Below, in pieces: positions 20,593 through 29,153 of a stretch of DNA of 37,459 bases. The stretch is from the NCBI GenBank assembly GCA_007133145.1, contig SLNF01000317.1, positions 1 through 37,459 on the forward strand, read 5' to 3'. A model generated the notes under the pieces. It worked only from the letters and a program-made list of their open reading frames with translations. It was not told where the DNA came from and made no database searches. Position numbers and translations under genes: made by a program. Each line of letters opens with the position of its first letter. The stretch's first letter is position 1. The DNA comes from Nitriliruptorales bacterium. Its GTDB lineage: Bacteria > Actinomycetota > Nitriliruptoria > Euzebyales > Egibacteraceae.

Positions 20593-21405
20593 ATGGCGAT
20601 GGCAGGCGAGACGGGCGAAGGGGAGCGCAGCCCCCAGGAACGCCAGGACGACATCCGCGAGCGCATCCTCGCGCAGGGTTTCGTGCGCGTCAGCGAACTC
20701 GCCGCGGCGCACGCGGTGAGCACGATGACGATCCGGCGGGACCTCGACGTCCTCGAGGAGCAGGGCTGGGTCCGCAAGGTCCGCGGCGGCGCGACCGTCG
20801 AGCCGTCCGCCTTCTACCACGGCGACGTCCGCCACCGCATGCAGACGATGACCCGCGAGAAGCGTGCGGTCGCCGCCCGCGCCGTCGAGCTCGTCGAGCG
20901 CGGCCAGACGGTCATGCTCGACGAGAGCACGACGGGTTTCGGGCTTGCCCAGCTGCTGCCGACCCGCCGCCCGGTGACGGTCATCACGAACTTCCTGCCC
21001 TCGCTGCAATTGCTCAGCCGCCAACCCGGGGTCGACCTCATTGCGCTCGGCGGGTCCTACAAGCCTTCCTACGACGCCTTCCTCGGCCCGGGTACCGCCG
21101 ACTCGGTGGGGTCGATGACCGCCGACCTGCTCTTTGCGTCGACGACGGCGATCACCGATGGCGCCTGCTACCACCGCTCGCAGGAGACGATCCTCGTCAA
21201 GCAGGCGCTCATGCGTGCCGCCGCGCGCAAGATCCTGCTCGTCGACAGCGCGAAGTTCGGGCGCCGGGCGGTGCACCACCTCGCCCCGCTCGAGGCCTTC
21301 GACGTCGTCATCGTCGACCGTGGCCTCGACGAGACGCACCTCGCCGACCTCCGCGGACGCGACGTCGAGGTCGTCCTCGTCGACGTCGACGAGGACGAGG
21401 CCTAG
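20593..21405 (+). CDS. DeoR/GlpR-family transcriptional regulator
   Basis: Lies within ORF 20299..21405, with ATG at 20593. Shows the N-terminal HTH (RERILAQGFVRVSELAAAHAVSTMTIRRDLDVLEEQG) and a DeoR C-terminal sugar-phosphate sensor region. Confidence 0.88.
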   Translation: MAMAGETGEGERSPQERQDDIRERILAQGFVRVSELAAAHAVSTMTIRRDLDVLEEQGWVRKVRGGATVEPSAFYHGDVRHRMQTMTREKRAVAARAVELVERGQTVMLDESTTGFGLAQLLPTRRPVTVITNFLPSLQLLSRQPGVDLIALGGSYKPSYDAFLGPGTADSVGSMTADLLFASTTAITDGACYHRSQETILVKQALMRAAARKILLVDSAKFGRRAVHHLAPLEAFDVVIVDRGLDETHLADLRGRDVEVVLVDVDEDEA

Positions 21406-21504
21406 CCGGCAGCGGGCTCCCGCTCCGCCTCGCAGGCGACCCCTTCCGCGCCGCAGTGCCCGCGTGACTGTGCGTTCAAATGTTCGTGGCGACACGAGAA
21501 ATGT

Positions 21505-21533
21505 TTGATATCGCACAGAGGCTGTGCTAACTT
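21505..21533 (+). promoter_or_regulatory. Candidate sigma-70-type promoter: TTGATA, 17-nt spacer, TAACTT
   Basis: TTGATA lies at 21505-21510 and TAACTT at 21528-21533, in a locally low-GC stretch. The spacer holds a perfect inverted repeat GCACAG-AGG-CTGTGC (21512-21526). This is pattern-based only. Confidence 0.4.
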
Positions 21534-21554
21534 GCCGCTCCTCACGAGCGATGT

Positions 21555-21592
21555 CCCGCCATCACGCGCCAGCGATGCCGCGTGGTGGCGGG
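21555..21592 (+). promoter_or_regulatory. 14-bp leader stem-loop abutting the lysR-type gene RBS
   Basis: The arms cccgccatcacgcg (21555-21568) and cgcgtggtggcggg (21579-21592) form 13 Watson-Crick pairs plus one G-U, with a 10-nt loop. The RBS GGAGAGGG starts at 21595. Confidence 0.4.
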
Positions 21593-21609
21593 CATGGAGA
21601 GGGTCGGCG

Positions 21610-22626
21610 ATGGTCGAGCTCCGGCAGCTGCGCTACTTCGTCGCGGTGGCCGAGGAGTTGCACTTCGGTCGCGCGGCGACCCGCCTGCAGATGACCCAGC
21701 CGCCACTGAGCCGGCAGATCCAGGTTCTCGAGCGCGATCTCGGCGTCGAGCTCTTCGTGCGCGGCCGCTCGGTGGCGCTCACCCCCGCCGGACAGGCGCT
21801 GCTGCCGCGCGCCCGACGCGCCATCGATGCCGCCGAGGGTGCAGTCTCCGCCGCACGCGACGCCGTGGACGGCTTGGCGCGGCGACTGCGGGTCGGGTAC
21901 CCCGCGGGTTGGGTGCCGGCCCCGGTGCGCGAGGCCCTGCGACGCGTCGCCGCGAGGGTGCCCGAGGTCGACATCGACCTCCGTCTCGGGCACGCGCGGG
22001 CGCATGCCGACGCGCTGCGGGCCGGCGACCTCGACGCTGCGTTCCTCCACAGCAACGGTGAGGTCGGCAGCACGCTCGCCTCTCGGATCGTCGCCGTCGA
22101 GACCGTCGTCATCGCCCTTCCGGCACAGGCGCCAGGCCCCGCCGATGCGCGGCGTCCGCTCGCCGGGGTCGACGCGCTGCTCCTGCCCGCGGCCGAGGTC
22201 GACCCCTGGCTGCGTGACGTGCTGCTCGAGGTCGCCGTCGCCGCCGGTGGTGACACGAGCGAGGTCGCCGATGTCCCGTCGATGGAGTCCGCGCTGCCCG
22301 CGGTGGCTGCCGGCCTCGGCTGGGCACTCGTCACGCAGTCGCTCGCCGCGAGCGTCGAGGCGCGCGGAGTGCGCTTCGAACCCCTCGCCTGCCCGCCTCC
22401 GTGCAGGGTGGCCTCCCACGTCGTGTGGTCGGCCGGCGCCGTGAGCGGACCGTTGCGGCACTTCCTCGACGCCTGCGGCGAGGCCGAGCGCCAGCGGGTC
22501 ACCGCTGAGCGGGCGCTCTCGGCGGTGTCCGCTCCGTCTGCCGGGGAGGTGGGCTCTCGAGGCCGCCGCGCAGGCCGGGAGCCCGCACCGGCGACGCTGC
22601 CGGCCACCGCGGGCGGGAGGCGGTGA
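21610..22626 (+). CDS. LysR-family transcriptional regulator
   Basis: Lies within ORF 21505..22626, with ATG at 21610. Shows the classic N-terminal LRQLRYFVAVAEELHFGRAATRLQMTQPPLSRQIQVLE. Confidence 0.88.
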   Translation: MVELRQLRYFVAVAEELHFGRAATRLQMTQPPLSRQIQVLERDLGVELFVRGRSVALTPAGQALLPRARRAIDAAEGAVSAARDAVDGLARRLRVGYPAGWVPAPVREALRRVAARVPEVDIDLRLGHARAHADALRAGDLDAAFLHSNGEVGSTLASRIVAVETVVIALPAQAPGPADARRPLAGVDALLLPAAEVDPWLRDVLLEVAVAAGGDTSEVADVPSMESALPAVAAGLGWALVTQSLAASVEARGVRFEPLACPPPCRVASHVVWSAGAVSGPLRHFLDACGEAERQRVTAERALSAVSAPSAGEVGSRGRRAGREPAPATLPATAGGRR

Positions 22627-23519
22627 CGGCGATGCGCAGCGAGGACCCCACCGACCGCGCAGCCCACCTTCGCGAGCCCGACCGTCTGTATCCGGCGTAC
22701 GTGTTCGATCTCGATGGGACGATCTATCTGGGTGAGGGGCTGCTGCCGGGTGCTGAACGGCTGATCACCGAGCTGCGCCGGCGGGGCATCCCGGTGCGGT
22801 TCCTGTCGAACAACCCGACGAAGGACCCTGAGCAGTACGCCGAGAAGCTCACCCGCCTGGGGTTGCCCACCCCGGTGGGCGACATCGTGAACACCGTGGT
22901 GACGATGACCCGCTGGCTGCTCGAGCACGCCCCCGGCCAGGTCGTGTTCCCCCTCGGCGACCCGCCGCTCATCCGGGCGTTCGAGCGGGCGGGCATCCCG
23001 ATGTCGGAGGATCCCGCCGAGATCGACCTCGTCGTCGCGAGCTACGACCACGGCTTCGACTACCGCAAGCTGCAGATCGCCTTCGACGCGTTGTGGTTCC
23101 ACCGGCGGGCGCGGCTCATCGCCACCCACCCGGACCGGTTCTGCCCCTTCCCGGGCGGGCGGGGTGAGCCCGACGTCGCGGCGGTGGTCGCGGCCATCGA
23201 GGCGTGCACCGGGGTGCGCTGTGAGCAGCACGTCGGCAAGCCCGACCCGGCGATGCTGTCGTTGGCCTTGGCCGACCTCGACGTCGACCCTGCTGAGGCG
23301 GTGATGACCGGGGACCGGCTGGCCACCGACGTGCGGTTGGCCCGCAACGCCGGTGCCGCCGGCGCGCTCGTGCTCACCGGCGACTCCGACCTCGACGACC
23401 TCGCCGCCACCGCGCCTGAGCACGCCCCCCACTACGTCCTCGACCGCATCGACCAGCTCATGCCGCGGCGTCTTCGCGAAGAGCTCGGCTGGGACGACGA
23501 CGCCCCCTCCCCGACCTGA
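22623..23519 (+). CDS. HAD-superfamily hydrolase, subfamily IIA (NagD-like sugar phosphatase)
   Basis: ORF 22623..23519. Shows motif I FDLDGTIY, SNNPT, and GKPDP with GDRLATD. The GTG start overlaps the LysR stop (GTGA); an alternative ATG lies at 22632. Confidence 0.82.
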   Translation: MTAMRSEDPTDRAAHLREPDRLYPAYVFDLDGTIYLGEGLLPGAERLITELRRRGIPVRFLSNNPTKDPEQYAEKLTRLGLPTPVGDIVNTVVTMTRWLLEHAPGQVVFPLGDPPLIRAFERAGIPMSEDPAEIDLVVASYDHGFDYRKLQIAFDALWFHRRARLIATHPDRFCPFPGGRGEPDVAAVVAAIEACTGVRCEQHVGKPDPAMLSLALADLDVDPAEAVMTGDRLATDVRLARNAGAAGALVLTGDSDLDDLAATAPEHAPHYVLDRIDQLMPRRLREELGWDDDAPSPT

Positions 23520-23583
23520 CCGCCCGCGCGGCGCCCGCGCGCCTGCGCACCCCGCCGACGACGCACCGACAAAGGAGCCGACG

Positions 23584-25146
23584 ATGACCGAGGCAAGCAA
23601 GACCGGACCGTTCCTCATGGGGATCGACATGGGCACGGAGAGCTGCCGCGTGGGGGTGTTCGACACCGCCGGGCGGCCGCTGGCCTTCGAGGCCACGCCG
23701 TACCAGACCTCCTACCCGCGGCCAGGGTGGGCCGAGCAGGACCCCGACGACTGGTGGGCGAGTCTCGTCGCCTCGGTCAAGGGCGCGCGCGAGCGCGCGG
23801 GGGTGAGCCCCGAGGACATCGCCGGCATCTCCTACGACGCGACGACGCTCACCCTCGTGGCGACCGACCGTCGCGGCCAGCACCTGCGGCCGGCGATCAT
23901 GTGGATGGACGTGCGCGCCTCCGACCAGGCCGAGCGCATCGGCCGCTCCGAGCACCCCGTGCGAGCGGTCAACGGCGGCGGCCCGGTCTCCGCGGAGTGG
24001 TACCCGAGCAAGTCGCTGTGGCTCAAGGAGCAGGAGCCCGAGACCTACGAGCGCGCCGAGCGCCTCGTCGACTGCGCCGACTGGATCACCCACAAGCTCA
24101 CCGGGCGCTGGACCTTCAACGTCAACACCGCGGCGGTGCGCTCCTACTACAACCGCGACCTCGGCGGCTGGCCCACGGACTTCTACGAGGAGATCGGCCT
24201 CGGCGACATCTTCGACAAAGTCCCCGAGGAGGTCTGCGACCTCGGCACGCCGCTCGGGGGGCTCTCGACCGAGGCGGCCGCCGAGCTCGGGCTGCGCAAG
24301 GGCACGCCGGTGGCGCAGGGTCCCGGGGACGCCTGGGCCGCGCAGATCGGCCTCAACGTCGTCAAGCCCGGCAAGATGGCGCTCATCACCGGCTCCTCCC
24401 ACGTCCTCATCGGCCAGCACGACGAGTCCGTCTCCGGCCTCGGCTTCTTCGGCGCCTACCCCGAGGCGGTCATGCCGGGGCAGTACACCGTCGAGGGCGG
24501 GCAGGTCTCTTCGGGGTCGGTGCTCAAGTGGTTCAAGGACCAGTTCATGACCGAGGCCATCGCCGAGGCCGAGACCGCCGGTGTCAACCCCTACCACCTC
24601 CTCAACAAGCGGTCCGCGGAGATCCCCCTCGGCTCGGAGGGCCTCATCGTCAACGAGTACTGGCAGGGCAACCGCACCCCCTACACCGACCCGCTCGCCC
24701 GCGGGATGATGTGGGGCTTCAGCCTCCGCCACACCCCCTTCCACATCTACCGGGCCATCCAGGAGGGCGTGTGCTACGGCACCGCGCACATCCTGCGGGC
24801 GATGGCAGCCGCCGGCACCGACGTCCACGAGTTCGTCGCCGCCGGCGGTGCGACGAACAGCCGCTTCTGGACGCAGATGCACGCTGACGTCACCGGGGTG
24901 CCGGTCACCCTCACCGAGGTCGGCGACGCCGCGGTCCTGGGCTGCGCGATCCTCGCGGCCGCCGGCTCCGGCGTCCACGGTGGGGTCGCCGAGGCCGCCG
25001 AGGCGATGGTCCACGACACCGAGACCCTCCAGCCCGACCCCGAGGCGCACGAGGCCTACCAGTTCTACGTCGACAAGTACGTCGACGCCTATCCGCAGAT
25101 GCGCGGGCTCATCCACGACGTCGTCAAGCGCGTCGGCGAGGCGTAG
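23584..25146 (+). CDS. FGGY-family carbohydrate kinase (pentulose/tetrulose-kinase-like, about 520 aa)
   Basis: Lies within ORF 23353..25146. ATG at 23584 has AAGGAG at 23572-23577. Shows GIDMGTESCRVGVFD, PGWAEQDPDDWW, and FGGY C-domain motifs (GGATNSRFWTQMHADVTG). Confidence 0.88.
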   Translation: MTEASKTGPFLMGIDMGTESCRVGVFDTAGRPLAFEATPYQTSYPRPGWAEQDPDDWWASLVASVKGARERAGVSPEDIAGISYDATTLTLVATDRRGQHLRPAIMWMDVRASDQAERIGRSEHPVRAVNGGGPVSAEWYPSKSLWLKEQEPETYERAERLVDCADWITHKLTGRWTFNVNTAAVRSYYNRDLGGWPTDFYEEIGLGDIFDKVPEEVCDLGTPLGGLSTEAAAELGLRKGTPVAQGPGDAWAAQIGLNVVKPGKMALITGSSHVLIGQHDESVSGLGFFGAYPEAVMPGQYTVEGGQVSSGSVLKWFKDQFMTEAIAEAETAGVNPYHLLNKRSAEIPLGSEGLIVNEYWQGNRTPYTDPLARGMMWGFSLRHTPFHIYRAIQEGVCYGTAHILRAMAAAGTDVHEFVAAGGATNSRFWTQMHADVTGVPVTLTEVGDAAVLGCAILAAAGSGVHGGVAEAAEAMVHDTETLQPDPEAHEAYQFYVDKYVDAYPQMRGLIHDVVKRVGEA

Positions 25147-25168
25147 GAACGACGGAGAGGAGCAGCCG

Positions 25169-25636
25169 ATGACCACGATCGGGATCGGCGCCGACGATGC
25201 TGGCGCCCCGCTGAAGGAGCACCTCGCGGCCTACCTGCGCGAGCTCGGCTACGAGGTCGTCGACTACGGCAACGCCGAAGGGGACGACGAGGACTACCCC
25301 GACGTCGCCGAGCAGGTCGCCGAAGGGGTGGCCTCCGGCGCCCACGAGCGGGCGTTGCTCGTCTGCGGCACCGGCCTGGGCATGGCGATCACCGCCAACA
25401 AGGTGCCCGGTGTGCGGGCGGCCACGGCCCATGACGCCTACTCCGCCGAGCGTGCCCGCAAGTCCAACGACGCGCAGGTGCTGACGATGGGCGCCCGCGT
25501 CATCGCGCCGCAGGCCGCCGAGGTCGTGCTGCAGCACTGGCTCGACTCGGAGTTCGCCGGCGGCGGCTCGGCCCCGAAGGTGGCGAAGATGAACGCCGTC
25601 GAGGCCCGCCAGCGCGGGACCGCCGGCAACGACTGA
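25169..25636 (+). CDS. RpiB/LacA/LacB-family sugar-phosphate isomerase
   Basis: Lies within ORF 24848..25636. ATG at 25169 has GGAGAGGAG upstream. Shows IGADDAG...LLVCGTGLGMAITANKVPGVRAA...NDAQVLTMGARV. Confidence 0.88.
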   Translation: MTTIGIGADDAGAPLKEHLAAYLRELGYEVVDYGNAEGDDEDYPDVAEQVAEGVASGAHERALLVCGTGLGMAITANKVPGVRAATAHDAYSAERARKSNDAQVLTMGARVIAPQAAEVVLQHWLDSEFAGGGSAPKVAKMNAVEARQRGTAGND

Positions 25637-25641
25637 GCCCA

Positions 25642-25681
25642 CGGGTGGTCGGCCGCGGGGACCCCGGTGGCCGACCACCCG
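25642..25681 (+). terminator. Stem-loop immediately after the RpiB-family gene
   Basis: The arms cgggtggtcggcc (25642-25654) and ggccgaccacccg (25669-25681) form 13 perfect base pairs. The loop contains a further GGGG-a-CCCC pairing. Confidence 0.55.
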
Positions 25682-25869
25682 GGCATCGTCGGTCCGGCCG
25701 ATGGCCGCGGCCGAGCACCACGCGAGGCGTCGCCACCGCCCGGGGAGGCCCACGAGGCCTGCCCACTTCCGCCGCCACCGCGAGATCGACGAGCAACTGA
25801 AGCCGCCGATGCACCGGGTCGCCGCGCACCTGCGCGACGGCGAGGGCGAGGCGCGAGGAGGGGTGACCG

Positions 25870-27213
25870 ATGACGAGTGAACGGATCGAGCGGGCTCTTG
25901 CGCACGCGACGCACACGACGGCGGTGCGCTTCGAGTCGGGGGCGCTCGCGGCGGTCGGTGAGACCTTCGCCGCGAGCTTCCCCGGCGCCGGGGCGCAGAT
26001 CGTCGCCGACGGCAACACCGAGGCCGCGGCCGGCCAGGCGGTGAGGGCGAGTCTGCGTGAGGCTGGCGTCGGCCTCGAGGAGGGGCTCGTCTTCCCTGCT
26101 CGCCCGACGCTCTACGCCGGCTATGAGCGCGTGCCGGAGATCGTCGAGGTACTCGAGGGCAGCGAGGCGGTTCCCGTCGCCGTCGGCAGCGGCACGCTCA
26201 ACGACCTCGTCAAGCGTGCGGCCTTCGAGCTCGAGCGACCGTACATGGTCGTGGCGACCGCTGCGTCGATGGACGGCTACGCCGCCTACGGGGCGTCGCT
26301 GGCCAAGGACGGGCACAAGCAGACGCTGTCGTGTCCGGCGCCCCGGGCGGTCGTCGCCGACCTCGACGTGCTCGCCGCCGCGCCGGCGGCGATGACCGCC
26401 TCGGGCTACGGTGACCTCCTCGGCAAGGTCACCGCCGGGGCGGACTGGCTGTTCGCCGACGCCCTCGGCGTCGAGCCGATCGACGACTTGTCCTGGGGGT
26501 TGGTGCAGGAGCCGTTGCGCGCCTCGATCGGCCGGCCCGCGGCTTTGGCCCACGGTGACCTCGGGGCCATGGAGTCGCTCGTCGAGGGGCTCGTGATGTC
26601 GGGGGTGGCGATGCAGGCCTACGCCTCCTCGCGCCCCGCCTCGGGTTCGGAGCACCAGTTCAGCCACCTCTGGGAGATGGAGGGTCTCGGCCGCGACCTC
26701 GACCCTCCCCTGTCCCACGGCTACAAGGTCGGCCTCGGCTCGATCGCCATCGCCGCGCTCTACGAGCGGCTGCTCGAGCGTGACCTGTCGGCCCTCGACA
26801 TCGACGCCTGCCGCCACGCCTGGCCGAGCTTCCCCGATCTCGAGACGCGAGCCCACGCAGCCCACCCGCTGCTCGGCGACGTCGCCGTCGCGCAACTCGC
26901 CGGCAAGTACGTCGACGCCGACGGGCTCGCCGACCGCCTCGAGCGGCTCACCGTGGCCTGGCCCGCCCTGCGCGAGCGGCTCGCCGGCCAGTTGCTGCCG
27001 GCGACCGAGTTGCGCGACATGCTCGCTGCGGCCGGCTGCCCCACCACCCCCGAGGAGGTCGGCCTGACCCGTGAGGAGCTCAAGGCCACCTACGCGCGCT
27101 CGCAGATGATCCGCTCGCGCTACACCGTCCTCGACGTTGCCGTCGAGACCGGCCTGCTCGAGCCCTGCGTCGAGGAGCTCTTCGCCCCCGGCGGCTACTG
27201 GGCGCAACACTAG
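25870..27213 (+). CDS. sn-Glycerol-1-phosphate dehydrogenase-like protein (Fe-ADH_2 / AraM-EgsA family)
   Basis: ORF 25870..27213 with GAGGAGGGG upstream. Shows VAVGSGTLNDLVKRAA, AAPAAMTASGYGDLLGK and GSEHQFSHLWE, which match the family's nucleotide and metal-site patterns. Confidence 0.82.
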   Translation: MTSERIERALAHATHTTAVRFESGALAAVGETFAASFPGAGAQIVADGNTEAAAGQAVRASLREAGVGLEEGLVFPARPTLYAGYERVPEIVEVLEGSEAVPVAVGSGTLNDLVKRAAFELERPYMVVATAASMDGYAAYGASLAKDGHKQTLSCPAPRAVVADLDVLAAAPAAMTASGYGDLLGKVTAGADWLFADALGVEPIDDLSWGLVQEPLRASIGRPAALAHGDLGAMESLVEGLVMSGVAMQAYASSRPASGSEHQFSHLWEMEGLGRDLDPPLSHGYKVGLGSIAIAALYERLLERDLSALDIDACRHAWPSFPDLETRAHAAHPLLGDVAVAQLAGKYVDADGLADRLERLTVAWPALRERLAGQLLPATELRDMLAAAGCPTTPEEVGLTREELKATYARSQMIRSRYTVLDVAVETGLLEPCVEELFAPGGYWAQH

Positions 27214-27284
27214 TGCGGAAGGGGGCCGACCGGCCGGCCTGAGTGCGACTCGGCGTGCTCAGGTCAAGACCGCGACTCCGCAGC

Positions 27285-27608
27285 CTCGGCTGCGGCCGTG
27301 AGGAGCTCGACGGCGCGGTCACGGTCCTCTCGTACATGTCGTTGGTCGACCGCTGCGTCGAGGCGGCCGAGCAGGAGGGCGTCAAGCGCACCAACCGCGT
27401 GCACGTCGTCGAGCAGGGCTCGGCGGGCACGTGCTACGGCGGGTGGCTCGGCGACGAGATCAGCGGGCGCCTCTTCGACTGGCCCGACGCCCCCGTCGGC
27501 CGGGTCCACGGCAGCGAGTCCTCGCCGAGCATCTCCAAGAGGCTCGAGGCCTCGTCGCTCGCCGACGTCGACGAGATCGTCGCGGGTCTGCGCGAGGTCC
27601 AGTACTGA
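27285..27608 (+). pseudogene. Remnant of a 2-oxoacid (pyruvate/acetoin/BCKA) dehydrogenase E1 beta subunit; C-terminal domain only, with an internal deletion
   Basis: ORF 27243..27608 reads ...DGAVTVLSYMSLVDRCVEAAEQEGV/KRTNRVHVVEQGS...FDWPDAPVGRVHGSESSPSISKRLEASSLADVDEIVAGLREV. This matches only the last ~100 residues of E1 beta, and the ...EVIDLR..PLD... segment appears to be missing. No E1 alpha gene is present. Confidence 0.6.
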
Positions 27609-27643
27609 GTCGGGGACCGCCCGAGAACGACGCCAGGAGACTG

Positions 27644-28251
27644 ATGATGGCGAGCATCCTGCGCCTGCCGGGCGTGTGCGCCGACGCCGACGACGCGGTC
27701 ATCGAGGAGTGGGTCGTCGAGTCCGGCGCCAGCGTCAAGGCCGACGACATCCTCGCGATGGTCGAGACCGACAAGGCCGTCGTGGAGATCCCCCACAGCT
27801 CGCTGCGCAAGGCCATCGCGAGGCGCCTGCAGGCCAGCGTGCGCGAGGCCCCGCACTCCTTCATGCGGGCGACCATCGACACAGGCGCGCTCGCGGCCGT
27901 CCGGGCGGAGCTCCACGAGGGCGCCGCGCAGGTTCGCGAGCTCGCGGGCCGCGCCCAGGAGGGCAGGCTGCGTCAGCACGAGCTCGAGGGGGGACGTTCA
28001 CGGTGAGCAACCTCGCCATGTTCGGCGTCGAGGGGTTCAGCGCGATCATCAACCCCCCGCATGCCGGGATCCTCGCGGTCGGCGCGACGCGGCAGGGGCC
28101 GGTCGTCGACGCCGATGGGGCGCTCGCGGTGGGCACCGTCCTCTCGCTGACCCTCTCGGCCGACCACCGGCCCATCGACGGGGTCGTGGCCGCCCGGTGG
28201 CTCACGCGCCTGCGCCACCTCCTTGAGCATCCCCTACAGATCCTTACGTGA
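27644..28251 (+). pseudogene. Remnant of a dihydrolipoamide acyltransferase (E2): partial lipoyl domain joined to catalytic-domain fragments, plus a frameshift
   Basis: The RBS AGGAGA and ATG 27644/27647 are followed by the lipoyl motif VETDKAVVEIP. This runs directly into the catalytic-domain start HSSLRKAIARRL...PHSF. The frame switches inside a G6 run (27988-27993), joining ...RLRQHELEGG to TFTVSNLAMFG...INPPHAGILAVG...SADHRPIDG (ORF 27298..28251). Confidence 0.65.
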
Positions 28252-28393
28252 TCGTGCATGACCGTACCCATGCGGTAGGATCACCGACAGGATGGGACAA
28301 ACCGTTACATCCACATGAAGGGTGAATGGCTCGGGCGGACAGAGGTCGACCACGACGCAACGACGACGGCTCTGCTCAAGGGATGTGGGGTCC

Positions 28394-29128
28394 ATGGCAA
28401 CGCAGCTTGACCGCGACGCGGCGACACCGCTGTACGTGCAACTGACCGACATCCTTCGCGACGAGATCGAGCGTGGGCTCTGGGTGCCCGACCGCAAGAT
28501 CCCCTCCGAGAACGAGTTGCACCGCACCTACGGCATCAGCCGCATGACCGCCCGGCAGGTCATCGGCCAGCTCGTCAACGAGGGCCTGCTCTACCGTGTG
28601 CAGGGCAAGGGCACCTTCGTCGCCCCGAACAAGATCTCCACACGCTCGCCGGCCTACGCGGGCATCCGGGAGCAACTCGAGGAGCTCGGCTACACGACGA
28701 AGACGACGCTGCTGAGCCTCGAGCAGGTCGCGGCCGACCGGGCCGTGGCGAAGAAGCTACGCCTCGATGACCACGCGCCGGTCTTTGCGATCCGTCGCCT
28801 GCGCTCGGCCGATGGCGTCCCGCTGAGCCTCCATGAGTCCTACGTTCCCGTGGCGCTCGCACCGGACCTCGACGAGCACGACGTCACCAACGAGCAGCTC
28901 TGCGTCGTCCTCGCGGAGCACTACGGCCTCACGATGGGGCACGTCAGGGAGACCCTCGAGATCCTCACGGCCCCGCCCGGCACCGCCGAGCAGCTCGAGG
29001 TGCGCGCCGGTGCCCCCCTGCTCATGCTGCAGCACTCGATCGCCACGCCCGAGGGCCGGATCTTCGAGTACGCGCGGATTGCCGTCCGGGGCGACAAGGT
29101 CCGCCTTCACATGGAGTACGACCTCTAG
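28394..29128 (+). CDS. GntR-family transcriptional regulator, HutC subfamily (UTRA effector domain)
   Basis: Lies within ORF 28322..29128, with ATG at 28394. Shows PLYVQLTDILRDEIERG...KIPSENELHRTYGISRMTARQVIGQLVNEGLLYRVQGKGTFV, followed by a UTRA-like C-terminus. Confidence 0.88.
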   Translation: MATQLDRDAATPLYVQLTDILRDEIERGLWVPDRKIPSENELHRTYGISRMTARQVIGQLVNEGLLYRVQGKGTFVAPNKISTRSPAYAGIREQLEELGYTTKTTLLSLEQVAADRAVAKKLRLDDHAPVFAIRRLRSADGVPLSLHESYVPVALAPDLDEHDVTNEQLCVVLAEHYGLTMGHVRETLEILTAPPGTAEQLEVRAGAPLLMLQHSIATPEGRIFEYARIAVRGDKVRLHMEYDL

Positions 29129-29153
29129 ACCCCCGTCGACTTCCGGTGGCGGC

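Noticed and set aside
28248-28284. Nested inverted repeats (GTGATC...GATCAC enclosing GCATG...CATGC) right after the E2 remnant, considered as a terminator or a HutC operator.
   Set aside because: The stems are short (6 and 5 bp) with asymmetric internal loops and no U-tract. There is no similarity to the 31705 palindrome. This is too weak to call.
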